This document shows positions 52,417 through 64,000 of a stretch of DNA of 64,000 nt, in pieces. This DNA comes from Lepidodermella squamata (taxonomy: Eukaryota; Animalia; Gastrotricha). The position numbers and the translations under genes are program-made. The notes beneath the pieces are model-generated. The model saw nothing but the letters and a program-made list of their open reading frames with translations, was not told the DNA's origin and searched no databases. The stretch lies in assembly GCA_047495785.1 (NCBI GenBank), contig JBLDXI010000042.1:4092001-4156000 (forward strand), in the 5' to 3' direction. Position 1 is the stretch's first letter. Each line of letters starts with the position of its first letter.

Positions 52417-52942
52417 CATAGATAAATAAGTGAGAAAAGATAGGAAACTCCTGCATGAGCATTGTTCCGAAATTCAGTGTCAGCTGTGACCAATCGTTGA
52501 ACTCTCGTCCATTTTCGTTTAATCGAAATTTTGGCATTTTTCCAAGCCTCACTTCTCACTCTTATTGCACAGCCCACCTGGCAAACGGCGGAAAATTCGA
52601 TTTACCATTTTGGCAAAAAAAATCCAAAGTTTAGCAACTTTTAAAAAATTTCTAAATAATGTTTTCATGCGGCTAAGCAGAAAATTTCGAATTTTGACGC
52701 TACGAAAAAAATTCAACGAAGTACGGTATTTGGGTAAAATGCCCTTGAATCTAGGCTGAGGTCTTGCGCAGCGTTTGCCAGGTGGGCTGTGCAATAAGAG
52801 TGAGAAGTGAGGCTTGGAAAAATGCCAAAATTTCGATTAAACGAAAATGGACGAGAGTTCAACGATTGGTCACAGCTGACACTGAATTTCGGAACAATGC
52901 TCATGCAGGAGTTTCCTATCTTTTCTCACTTATTTATCTATG
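52417..52942. mobile_element. Non-autonomous DNA transposon (MITE) with 171-bp TIRs and 8-bp TSD tcccgaat; P-element/hAT-type termini (CATAG...)
   Basis: 52417-52587 is the reverse complement of 52772-52942. The octamer tcccgaat flanks both ends (52409-52416 and 52943-52950). Confidence 0.9.
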
Positions 52943-54143
52943 TCCCGAATTCAATTCCACTATTTACTGCTAATTTTTGGAATCGAACCCTCGAAAACAC
53001 TAAAATTACCCCTCTCGATCTCTTCACCTGGGCGGTTTTAGATAGAATTTTTAATACCAAAATGAAGCTGGCGTTTAGCTGGTAGCTGGTAATTAATGAG
53101 GTGAAAGCAGTAAATTTTAAAGAGCCAGTTTCAGCTAAATTATACCTGCAAAGTAGCGGTAACAGAGCACTCGAGAAGCGACATAAGCCCGCTCGCTCGC
53201 ATTTAGAATTATTTTTTTGCGATCACGTGCTTGAAAAATCATGAAACAGATGGGCTCAACAATGCAATTTTACTGAATTGCGTGCAAATAAAACTGCTGC
53301 ACAGCACTTCGTGTCCAAATTTCGGCCGGCGGCCGAATTTAGGAAGTGGCCGAAATTAGGGCTCCCTCCTCTAAAGTAGCGGGAACAAAATTTGAATCGA
53401 GTTTACATGACGTCATCACTTTCTTGGCATCATATGCGCAATTTTATCGGAATTTCAAGAAAAGCTTCAAGTTCTGCACGCATCCCGACTATTATGAATA
53501 TGCCTATGAGGTGTCCAAAATTAACTCACAAGTGTCCGAAATTAGCCAAACCATCAAGTACTTCTATAATATCAAGGTAAAATTGGAAAATTACCAAATT
53601 TTGCGCATAGATGGGAAATGGGCCCCCTCATGTCCTGAATTCATGTTCACACCTCCGATTCATTATGGCAGTCCAGGTAGTACTAGCTTGGAGCGTGGTA
53701 CCGTGGTACCTGGTAGTACCAAATTTGCCAATAAGTATTGGATTTCAAAATTAACAACCGATGGATATTGGAATTAACTTCAATCGATTAATTGGATAAC
53801 CAGACCAAGCGCTTTCAGAATTATTCAGACACCTGTCAGACTTCAATTTCTCGTCGTTGGTATCTCGTTTTTCGAAAATTAACAACTGGTTATTCGTGAA
53901 ATAGGCTGTCCTACCTCTGATATGAAAATCTGAATCCGAATCACATAATCGGTTGACTTGGCTCTGAACATTCTATTCACGGCATCTGCCGAACAGTGTT
54001 TCCATGTGCCGCATTGTGAAGCCAACAAATGAATACAACACATCGAACAAAAGAGCTTCAAAATATTACCCTTTACCGTGTATTTATTTCGCTTGAAATA
54101 GCCCATCACATAAAATAAATTTGGCGCGTGCATGCGTATCTGG

Positions 54144-54572
54144 TTAAGCGTAGATAGGCTTATCAGCTTCATCGGCGAAGCACTCGCATGTGCCGATGAG
54201 GCTGCCCTCAATCCAGGCTTGGTAGTGAGCCGGCAGCTGCCTGGCCTCGCAGACTTCATTGCACTCCGGCTCGCCGTTGTCGACGATCTTCTGATGGTAC
54301 TTGCCAGGATGGAAGTTGAAACATTGACAAAATTGTACGGGACCGAGGAATTGCGACCATTGATAGATGCTTTCGTCTGCCGTGCATTTCTGGTCGCATT
54401 CTTCGGCGCTTTCGACGAACATAAAGCCCCAAGGAGCGGACATTCTTTCGTCATACTGTTTCCAGTATTGGCTTTTTTCTGCGCCAGACAGTACGGGTCC
54501 GTTATCGCCATCAATGATGATGGCAGCAGCACAGGCGAAGGCCATGGTGAAGCAAATGAGACTAGAAACCAT
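54144..54572 (-). CDS. Secreted cysteine-rich protein, family copy 6 (142 aa), outside the SLC25 intron
   Basis: MVSSLICFTMAFACAAA signal peptide and 8-Cys core; most similar to copy 3; TATA box upstream. Confidence 0.85.
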   Translation of the reverse strand: MVSSLICFTMAFACAAAIIIDGDNGPVLSGAEKSQYWKQYDERMSAPWGFMFVESAEECDQKCTADESIYQWSQFLGPVQFCQCFNFHPGKYHQKIVDNGEPECNEVCEARQLPAHYQAWIEGSLIGTCECFADEADKPIYA

Positions 54573-54869
54573 TTTTGCTAAAATTTAGTGAGATATCAAT
54601 GAATTTTCGGAAAATACGCCTTAATTTATACTGGTGCAGCCGCACCCCTGATGTAGGAAGTGCGAAATCCTCTGCAAATGAACAGCTAAGAAAACACTTG
54701 GTGTTGTTTCAGCGTTATACTGGTAGTTGCGGATTTTCGTCGAGCTTGTTTATTTGCTTTCATATTATTCATTCGTCTATATGTGTCGCAGGGTACCGAA
54801 CGTATGATCAAATACGTAGCTTTGAAATGCGTATTCAGTTTTGCAAATTTAACGCAACATGCGTGGGAT

Positions 54870-55012
54870 ATGATGAAGTGATTTCTTGTGACCATTTAAT
54901 CGTCCATATTTTTTTGCTTGTACTTGTGTGGTGGTGGTAGCATGTGCAGTACTGGATGGGGGCCATTGTCGCCAGCAGCACAGGCGACGGCCATGTTGAA
55001 GCAGATGAGACG
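54870..55012 (-). pseudogene. Internally deleted relic of the MAARLICF family
   Basis: The reverse strand contains a signal-peptide remnant (cgtctcatctgcttcaacatggccgtcgcctgtgctgctg) fused to [11 protein letters not shown]. Confidence 0.6.
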
Positions 55013-55213
55013 GCTTGTCTAGGCTTGTCATCTTTCATTTGTTGTTGCATAGGTTTTCACTCCGTTGTAACGAGCTCCTAGAGGCAAGTTTTCAGGAAAT
55101 TTCCAGGATCCCCACCGTCCGGAAACGAAGTTTTCGCAAGTTTTCGCCAGATTCCAGATATCGGGTCGTTCGCATCTCACTAGAATCCGTCTTCTATTCG
55201 ACTTAAATATACG

Positions 55214-55440
55214 AATTCCTCCCGCAGTCATCCCGCACATCCCGCAGTTTATCATGTGGACGTCCACGTGTATTGCAGCGTGATAAAACTTTCTCTGCAT
55301 TCTCCCATACAAAAAATAGTGTGCATATGTTAATGATTTTGCGAGAAGATGATATAGCTTATCCCGCACCCTTATCCCGCAGTCCCGCAGTCATGTTTGT
55401 TCACGTGATGCGGGACTGCGGGATGCTGCGGGAGGAACTT
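55214..55440. repeat. Small element with tcccgca repeats and inverted ends (MITE-like)
   Basis: ttcctcccgcag..catcccgca at the left end and tgcgggatgctgcgggaggaa at the right end, with internal tcccgca copies. Confidence 0.5.
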
Positions 55441-55775
55441 CTAAATAACCGCCGTCACTGGACAAGGCGGCCTCATCCGGGCTGCGTTATTGGTTGATGA
55501 AGTGCGTTAATGAAGACGCAATGTACAAGTATCCATACTTCCACCAGCCTAACTGTTTCCCTATCCACGTCCCATTGGACTTATAACTTATATAAAGATA
55601 ACTCGGCAAGTGAAGGCAATCAGTGCTTGGACGTATTAAAATTGCATGATATCGCATGTAGTGAAGTGACATATGCGACTTATCTTATCGCTTTGAAGAA
55701 CAAGTTGAAAACATGTGTAGTGGCGCAGTAAATTCTAGTGAGCTGTAGTAGAAATTGAGGGACATTTTTCGAACT

Positions 55776-58700
55776 ATGGCTATGTTGATCGGATATAATT
55801 CGATTGGCCAATTCGAAAAAACAAAACTGCTTGGCAGCGGATCTTTTGGTATGGCTTGGCTTTGTAAAAAGGAAGGCGATTTCGCTGACTACGTCGTGAA
55901 GTGTGTAAATCTCGACGCGATTTTTCGCTCTGGAGACCCCCTTGCCGATAGATACGTTAAATTGAGCTGCAGAGAGGTGGCAAACCAATTTTTATATAGC
56001 TTTCATCCGTGATAAATTTGCCACTTTGCAGCACGATTTGCTCCAAACGCTGAAACACCCAAATGTTGTGACTTTGTACGGCGCCTTCCAAGGTCTTAAG
56101 CACAAACGTATCAAACATTTAAAATAGACGTTTTTTCATGTAGAGGCGCTAATGGATGAATCGGAATATAGCGGAAGCAATGTAAAGTGGCTTCCTAATG
56201 ATGACATGTATTACTTGGTGATGGAGTTCTGCGGAAACGGAGACCTCAATAAGTATTTGAATCGTGAAAAGCAAGCTAACAGACTAATACCGGAAAGCAC
56301 TCTTTACGATTGGGCTCGTCAGATGGTGTCCGCCGTATCAGAGATCCATAGATGCCCTGCGCTACATCGGGATATAAAGCCGGCGAATATATTTCTGTGC
56401 AGTGATGGCAATACCCTTAAACTGGGGGATTTCGGGCTGGCTAAAATTTATTCTAGCAGGTAGGACCAACAAAAGACTATGCATTCGAGCGCCGTCATTC
56501 ACAAATTCAGCTCTTTCAAGATCTTATAGAACTTTCTCAACTTCGACAATGCTGGAAATAGGCTTGAACTGTAGAGAAATCTCGGTTTTCATTGTGTATT
56601 TTCAGCTTTAGAATTAAAGCATTTGAAATACACTCAGGTTACTGGCCCGAGAACAAATTATATCTGCGAGCGGCGCATCCGTATGTGACATTATCTACAA
56701 AAGTTATGTTAATTTTACTAAAGCACGGAGAGTGGTACAGCGATTGGACTCGGTTCGCCAGCTTACAGAGCACCTGAAACATACTTCAATGAACAGCACT
56801 CACCAGCCAGTGATTGGTGGTCACTTGGGGTGACGTTTTTTGAGCTAGCTAACTTTTACAGGCCGGTTTGTTGCCTCAATTTATTCTTCGACCACTCTAA
56901 TTACTTGGTTCTTCCAGTTCTACAGCCAGGGCGACATTACGGGGTAACTTGAGAGAAACGCAAAAGACGTGAGTTGAAACTAAATTGACTCCCATTTCTT
57001 TTCAGGAGTGACCCCAAGCATTTTGACGCAACAAGGAAGTATTCGAAGGAATACCAGCAATTCGTGATGTCGATGCTTGTTAAGGACAGGAATAAGCGAG
57101 CAGGCGCTGATCAACTATTGCAGTGCGCCTTCCTGCGCCAGGAGAAGATTCCTGAAGAAATGCCCGATTATGAGCAAATGACAAAGGTAAATACTTGGCG
57201 ATTAAGCTAATTAAACTTCTCAAAGCCCCTGATTCCAGAAACTTTTTCATTTGGCGAAACTGGGCAAGGACGAACTTGAAACTCTCGATGGTTTTCTGTC
57301 GGAAGAAACGAACAAGAACAAACTAAACGTGAACATGAGAGATGCCGAAGGCATGACTCTATTGATGGTTGCAGCTCAGAGAGGAAACAACGAGCTGTTA
57401 AAATTGCTTTTGCGAAAATTCGGGGCGGATGTTGATGCTGTCGACATTACGGGGCGCACAGCTGTATACCTAGCAGCAGAGCATGGAAACGTTGAAACAG
57501 TAAGAATTTTGGCTTCATACAAGGCAAATATAGAGCTTCGTCGAAAAAATGGTTCCACCCCGCTATTTATTGCCTGTAGTAATGGCCATGATGAAGTTGT
57601 GCGCGTTCTTGTTGAGGAGTTGAGCGCCAATGTCAATATTAAAACCACAGACGCATTATTTCCTCTGCTTGTCTGCGCTCAAAGTGGCAACGAAACCCAA
57701 GCAGGGATTCTTGTTCGAGAGGGAAGAGCAGACCTCATGGAAAGAAATGCGTTGGCAAAGATACCGCTCCACATTGCTGCCCAGCAGGGTCATTTAGGCT
57801 TCCTAAGAATAATCGCTACAAAAGAGACTGCTAACGCTATCGATATTTTGGAGGATACGCCTTTGCATTTAGCTGCGCAAAATGGACATGTTGAAATAGC
57901 AAGAACTCTTATTAGTGAGTTCGAAGCCCGTGTTGATGCTGTCGACAAATTCGGAAGAACACCAATGCATGTCGCAGCCGAAGCTGGCCGTATAGCTGTC
58001 ATGAAAGCTTTAGCATCAGAATTTGGTGCGAATGTAAATGCATTGAATAAGTGGGCAAGGACTCCAATGTACATCGCCGCCGAGCAAGGGCAATCTGATG
58101 TCTTGAGCTTCTTGGTTAGCCACGGCGCGGACGTCAAAGCTGTAGACGAAAATGGGTGGACGCCGTTGCATGTGGCAGCTAATTCAGGGCAATCTGCTGT
58201 CGCGAGTTTCTTGGCCGAGCACGGCGCGGACGTCAATGCCGTAAACGAGAAAGGGTGGACTCCGTTGCACGAGGCGGCTCAGGAAGGACGTCAAGAGGCC
58301 GTGAGATCCTTGGCTGGGCACGGCGCGGACCTTAATGCTGCAGACAAAGAAGGATGGACGCCGTTGCACATCGCAGCTCAGGGAGGCCATCAAGAAGTCG
58401 TGAGGGTTCTCGCTGGCGAATTCAGGGCGAATGTCGAAGCAGCGAATAAAATTGGCGAAACGGCCTTGCTTATAGCTGCTCGAAAGGCACACAGCAAAGT
58501 CGTAAGGATTCTAGCAGCCGAATTCAACGCGAAAGTCGATATTGCAGACAGTACCAGTGGCGGTACGCCTTTGCATTACGCTGCGCAAAACGGCGATGTG
58601 ACTTTATTGAAGCTGCTAGCTGCAGACTTCAAGGCGAACGTAAATGCAACACAAATCGAAGGCTACACACCGTTGCATATCGCAGTTGTGAATGGCCACT

Positions 58701-59143
58701 CTGAAATCATCAGAAATCTCGCTAGGGATCTCGGCGCAGAAGTAAATGCTAAGAGCAATGACGGTGTCACGCCGATTTACATAGCTGCTCAGAACGGAGT
58801 CGTTGACGCAGCGAGCATACTTGCCAGCGAATTCCATGCTGACGTCAACTCCGCCAATAAACTCGGAAAGATGCCGCTACATATCGCCGTCAAAAACGAA
58901 AATGTAGACGTTGTAAAAGTTCTCGTCAAATACGGCCCTGATATAAATGCCAGAGATGGAGATGGCCTGAAACCTTTACACCAAGCTGTTTTAACAAAAA
59001 ATGTTGATTTAGTTAAAATTCTTGCTAGCCACCCTGGAGCAGATGTCAATACTCCGGAGAAGGATGGATTGACACCGCTGCACTTTGCCGTGATGGGAGT
59101 AGAGATGCCGCGGTTAAAATTCCAATCTGTTAATCAATTTTAG
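55776..59143 (+). CDS. NEK-like Ser/Thr kinase fused to a long ankyrin-repeat array, multi-exon
   Basis: LGSGSFG, YVVK, LKHPNVVTLYG, LVMEFCGNGDL, HRDIKPANIFL, DFGLAK, GSPAYRAPE and SDWWSLG motifs. These splice via ~57187-57238 into a 630-aa ORF of TPLH ankyrin repeats. Confidence 0.75.
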
Positions 59144-59425
59144 CTAAAACCGAACCGGGACAACCGACCTATTGTATTGGAAAAGTTAGTAATACACAAT
59201 TTCAGTATTATAATCAATCGATCAATTTTAAAATAAATATCCATTTTTGGCAATATCTGTTACTTTGGTGGAGCAATGGATGCGATATTCGTGAACTACG
59301 CAAAAAGTTACCATTAGACACTATTGTCAAAGCTCTAGCATGAATATTCTTTGAATATCGCAACTTCCGGTTTTTCTTCAACTCACTTCCGGTTTTTGAG
59401 GAGAGAGATAAACATTTATTAAAAA

Positions 59426-61025
59426 ATGCCAACGCCATTGTTCTTCGCAGCTCAAAATGGACACACCGAAATCGTCAGAATTCTAGCCGAGGAGTTCAAT
59501 GGCAATGTTAATGCCCGCAATAATGCCGGCTCTACGCCACTGCACTTCGCAGCTCAAAATGACCACGCCAAAATCGTTAGAATGTTAGTTGATGAGTTCA
59601 ACGGCAACGTTAATGCGTCCGATGAGGATGGCTGGACACCTTTGTTCATTGCCGTTCAAAATGGACACGCTGAAGTCGTCAAAATGATTGCAAGGGAGTT
59701 GAAAGAAAACGTTGACGCCCTTGTAAATACTGGCTCGACTCCTATAATGCACATTGCTGGTATGAATGGACATACCGAAGTCGTCAGAATACTTGCAGGG
59801 GAGTTCAACTGCTACGTTGATGCCCAGGTTGATGCTGGACACCGTTGCATTTCGCAGCACAAAATGGTCACGCCGAAATCGTCAAAATGATTTCTGGGGA
59901 GTTCAAGGGAAATGTTGATGCTCTTGTCAAGACTGGCCCCACGGTCTTACACATTGCGGCTCTGAATGTGCACGCCGAAATCATCAAAATGCTAGCCGCG
60001 GAGTTCAACTGCAACTTTGATGCTCAGAATAATTATGTCTTGACGCCGCTGCACTTCGCTGCTGAGAATGGGATGCATGAAATTGTAAAGCTACTTGCTG
60101 GTGAGCTGGGCTGCAGCGTCAACGCAGTCGATCGAAGCGGTTGGATGCCCTTGCACCACGCCGCTGAACAAGGCCACGCTGAAGTGTTAACGACACTCGT
60201 CGGCGAATTCAATGTGAACGTTGAATCCCTTACGACCCCTTACGCTTCTACAGCCTTGCATATCACGAAGAAGTAGTCAGACTTCTCGCCGTTGCATTTG
60301 GAGCAGATGTCAATGTATCGCGGAACGACGGTTTGACTCCACTACACGTCGCTGTCATCGAAAATCGTGTCGGAGTGGTGAGTCCTTGCCGGTAAGTTAG
60401 GAGCGATTGTTAACGCGGTTGATGGTACCTGTGCCACGCCATTGCATTACGCAGCGGCACAGGGCCTTACCGATATGGTGAGAACCCTAATAGGAGAGCT
60501 TAATGCCAATGTCGACGCGGTGCAGGAGCAGCTTATGACACCGTTGCGCACGCTGCCTGTCTGAATAATCAAAACGGGGTTGTGAAGATACTTGCGGGCG
60601 AATTCGGAGCTAATGTCGAGGCTGTTGATGGCATCGGTGCTACGGCACTGCATTATGCTGTGAGGAGAGGCAACGCCGAAATAGTGCGAGCTCTCGTAAG
60701 CAACTTCGGCGCCAACATCAATTACGCGCCTGAGTGTGGTCTTACGGCGTTGCATTTGGCTTCAATAAAAGGAGATATTGGTGTCGCGAGAGTCCTTGCG
60801 GAGCTAGGAGCGAATGTCAGCGCCACAGACCATCGTGGTTGGACGCCACTTCATGCAGTTGCTGATGAAAGTTCTTTAGAGATCGCAACAATTCTAGTTT
60901 ACGAATTTGGTGCGGATGTGGGGGCAACAGATTTCGAGGACCGTTCGCCGCTGCACATAGCCGCTGAAAAAAGCGACGAGGCAATGATAAAGCTCTTAGC
61001 TGACTTTTTGGCGGGAAGTTGTTAG
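59426..61025 (+). pseudogene. Frameshifted continuation of the ankyrin array
   Basis: TPLHFAAQNG-type repeats are distributed over ORFs in different frames (59426-59890, 59845-60276, 60582-61025), with stops between them. Confidence 0.7.
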
Positions 61026-61225
61026 TGGAGAATCGCCTGAAGATGATAGTTCTCACTCCCCATCAAAAACATGCAACGCTATGGGGGCTATGGGGGAAAA
61101 GCTGAACTTATTACAAATCGATCGATCGCACAAATCACTGGCGCCAGCGCTTCCAGGGTCGAGCGCTTGGTCATTAATAGACGAGTAAGAGACGGCCGAT
61201 TTTTCGATACCGAATTTGGATCGAT

Positions 61226-61469
61226 AGGTTATTCATCACCTGATTTAGATCTGGAACCCCCATATTTTGAATATATCGAAATTAATTCTCCCTTGAAGAG
61301 CACTTTTGGCTGATTTCAGCAGTTTTCACTGAGGAATTACATAGAGTTTTTTCGCGCAAAGCTTAATTGTGAGCATCCAATACTGATGACTCATGGTCGT
61401 TCGCTCGCACATCTGGGGTCGCGCCGATCAAAATTTGGGTTCCAAATCTAAATCAGGTGATTAATAACT
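61226..61469. mobile_element. Small MITE-like element with ~30-bp imperfect TIRs
   Basis: gttattcatcacctgatttagatctggaaccc versus gggttccaaatctaaatcaggtgattaataac. Confidence 0.6.
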
Positions 61470-61530
61470 TGTCTTGAAATGCCGTTCAATTTCACCTTAG
61501 ATCCAGGTGTGGATCGTGTTGTCTGCGTTT

Positions 61531-61850
61531 CCCTTGCTATGTTTCTATCGTTCTTCTCTTGATCACTTTCAACTAATCGGAATCAAGTACTCGTACTAAG
61601 CCGAGATTTGTGTATAAAAAAATGAAAACAGAGGGCATCACTTTTGTCGAAAGTTGCTAAAAATGCTGTTGTTCTTGCCATTTTTGCTGTTACGCTGTTA
61701 CCGCTACCAACAAATTCTTCGGTGCGCTCCAGTATTTTCCAGCAGAATTTTACGCGTTATACGTGCTTTGTAATAATGAGAATAAAACGTTAAAATTAAG
61801 AAAATAAAAACTTATTTGGAACTGAATCAAGTGAATGAGTTTTTGGAATT
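61531..61850 (+). repeat. ~320-bp direct repeat, copy 2
   Basis: Matches ~51206-51527. Confidence 0.8.
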
Positions 61851-62228
61851 CGCATCTGGAAAATAAAGGTCACAATTTCAAGCATGAGAAACTCGAGATA
61901 TTGCACGAGTTACAGGCCATGTTTTTCATCAAATGTTAGCCATGATGCTAGTGACATGCCGCATTTCGATCACAAAAAGATGATAATTTAGCCGCAACAA
62001 CTTTTGACCTTATTAAAAAATTACACAAAAATCAGGCGTTTAAATCGAGGTGCCGCGTCTTGGTACGTCTCATGGTGAGTGGGGTACCAAAACCTGGAAG
62101 AAGGGCAATCTTAAGCTGTCATTTAGTATAGTTCCTATCCTATTCCTATTCTATTCCTATTCTAATCTCTATTCCTCCAAGGGTACGAGGCATCACGTGT
62201 TGCAGTATTCACGCATTGCGTACAGTCA

Positions 62229-62350
62229 GCCAATCATAAAGCGTGTGAATTATAGGGCCAGCCAATCAACACACAGAGTGCGCTTCTTTATAATTGCATT
62301 TTTTCAGACTGACCAATAAGAACGCGCACAATTATTAGCCTTTATAAACA
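62229..62350 (+). promoter_or_regulatory. Histone H4 promoter: three CCAAT boxes and a TATA box
   Basis: ccaat at ~62230, ~62262 and ~62313; tataaa at ~62343, about 100 nt upstream of the ATG. Confidence 0.7.
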
Positions 62351-62443
62351 ACCGCAGCTCAGTTTTTTTTGCATCACATACGAACGCGCTACTGCTGATT
62401 CATCGATTTTTCTGCTTACTAACTACTTCACTTTTTACACATC

Positions 62444-62815
<372 letters not shown>

Positions 62816-63544
62816 AATAACACATTCTTTGCTATTTCTCCACAATTCCAGTCTCTCCTTTTTGCAAATTTCACTAACGAAATGACGTGCTTTTAACTAA
62901 TAAAATTCGACAAGGCATCATGATAATGGATCGTTTATTAAGGAGGTCGAAACACAGGTAACACACGTCACCTTGATGACAACCACTGTGGCTTCACACA
63001 GATCTGACGAGATTCTGCCCGTTCAGCGCGGAGCACAGCGCAACATTTTAGGATATTAGACATTTGGAGAGCGTCTTACAGAACTTGGAGAACAGTAATT
63101 TGGAGCTGTTTCTCGGCTCCTCTCTAGCAAGCTCAAGCTCGTGAAAATTGTCCAAAGTCTATTTTGAGGCTACTAGTCACGCTTAAAGGGCTCATGAAGT
63201 ATTGCATATGGTTTAAATCTTAATTATTAATTTGGGAACACAATTCGGAAATATCTAATGACATCCGCTTGCAAATAAGGTAATGTTAAGCGATTTGCGC
63301 AATTTTCGACTGGTGTGCGTTTCTTAGTGTACACTCACGTCATTTCGATTTTACGAGCGTCTCCGTTCAGTGAAAACTGAAGTAATCACGTGATTTTACT
63401 GTTTTAACAAATATGTAATCTGTAATGAATTGCAAATTTTGTTAATAATAGACGGTGTAACATGGACTTTCAATATCGATGAAGTGAAATGAAGTTTCTG
63501 AGCAGATTGAGTTAATGCATGATCAGGAAACGTGTAACCTAGTT

Positions 63545-64000
63545 CTAACTCTGCTGTTGAACCAATTGCAGCCTATCGGCTTTCCCAGCCACCTGACTTC
63601 TCAACCGCAGGACAAGAAATCTACGAAGGAAAACTCCTGATAACAGAGGTTAAATCAGCGAAGTATGGCGCTTACATTGCTCCTGCGAGTGCTATTAAAG
63701 TAAGGCCAAGGAGACCTCCCAGAACGCCACCTAGTATAGCTGCTAATTGATCATCATGGGTTTTGGGCTCCTCAGTAGTAGCGGGGGTAGTAGTGGGTTC
63801 GTCTGGTTCAACTAAACAACCCTCGTCAGTAGCCAAAATCGGATCCATGCGATTGTCATTGCAATGATCGCCACAACAAGTGCATGCCTTTTCGAAACTG
63901 CTGAATCCCGTAATAGTTTTGTTACTCGTAGCAGATTTGCCACAGCCCCCGATCGACTTGGGAAGAGATGTGCAGCCCCATTGGTAATCGACAAAGGATT
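63545..64000 (-). CDS. 3' end of a single-pass membrane protein with a Ly6/uPAR (three-finger)-like ectodomain; exons 64000-63676 and 63620-63545
   Basis: The minus frame reads ..YQWGCTSLPKSIGGCG...ACTCCGDHCND, then a Thr/Pro/Glu stalk, the TM LAAILGGVLGGLLGLTLIALAGAIFLVL, and a short tail ending VQQQS*. This frame is absent from the ORF track. Confidence 0.65.

Noticed and set aside
52316-53085. Duplicated ORFs (MRLGKMPKF..., MHSPPGKR...) on both strands
   Set aside because: They arise from the MITE's inverted repeats and are not genes.
39845-54588. Long antisense ORFs opposite each secreted-family gene
   Set aside because: By-products of GC3-rich codon usage, with no independent protein features.
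57251-61025. Ankyrin array as a horizontally transferred endosymbiont gene
   Set aside because: It is spliced to an intron-containing eukaryotic kinase, and there is no bacterial context.

Overview
Gene-dense animal (invertebrate) genomic DNA with mostly 40-70 nt GT-AG introns; the species cannot be identified from the sequence alone. In order, the window holds: (1) the 3' part of an anosmin-1/KAL1-like WAP+FN3 gene; (2) a divergent Cav3/T-type channel alpha1 gene with an atypical E-D(+1 aa)-D-D pore; (3) an intronless Cys-loop receptor subunit; (4) three tandem miniature collagen IV genes; (5) a tightly packed co-directional run of ATG10, two EXD3/Mut-7-like genes, MUL1 and an SLC25A14/30-like carrier, which looks operon-like; (6) a NEK-like kinase-ankyrin gene with a decayed tail; (7) an intron-containing histone H4; (8) the 3' end of a Ly6/uPAR-like membrane protein gene. 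Both Mut-7-like proteins appear to be catalytically dead exonucleases with about five tandem Mut7-C (PIN-like) repeats. The 12.4-kb intron of the SLC25 gene hosts most of a lineage-specific family of intronless, secreted 8-cysteine proteins (MAARLICF family: 6 intact copies and 2 relics in the window). Mobile elements include two LINE fragments and several MITEs, one with perfect 171-bp TIRs and an 8-bp TSD. All exon boundaries were inferred by eye.
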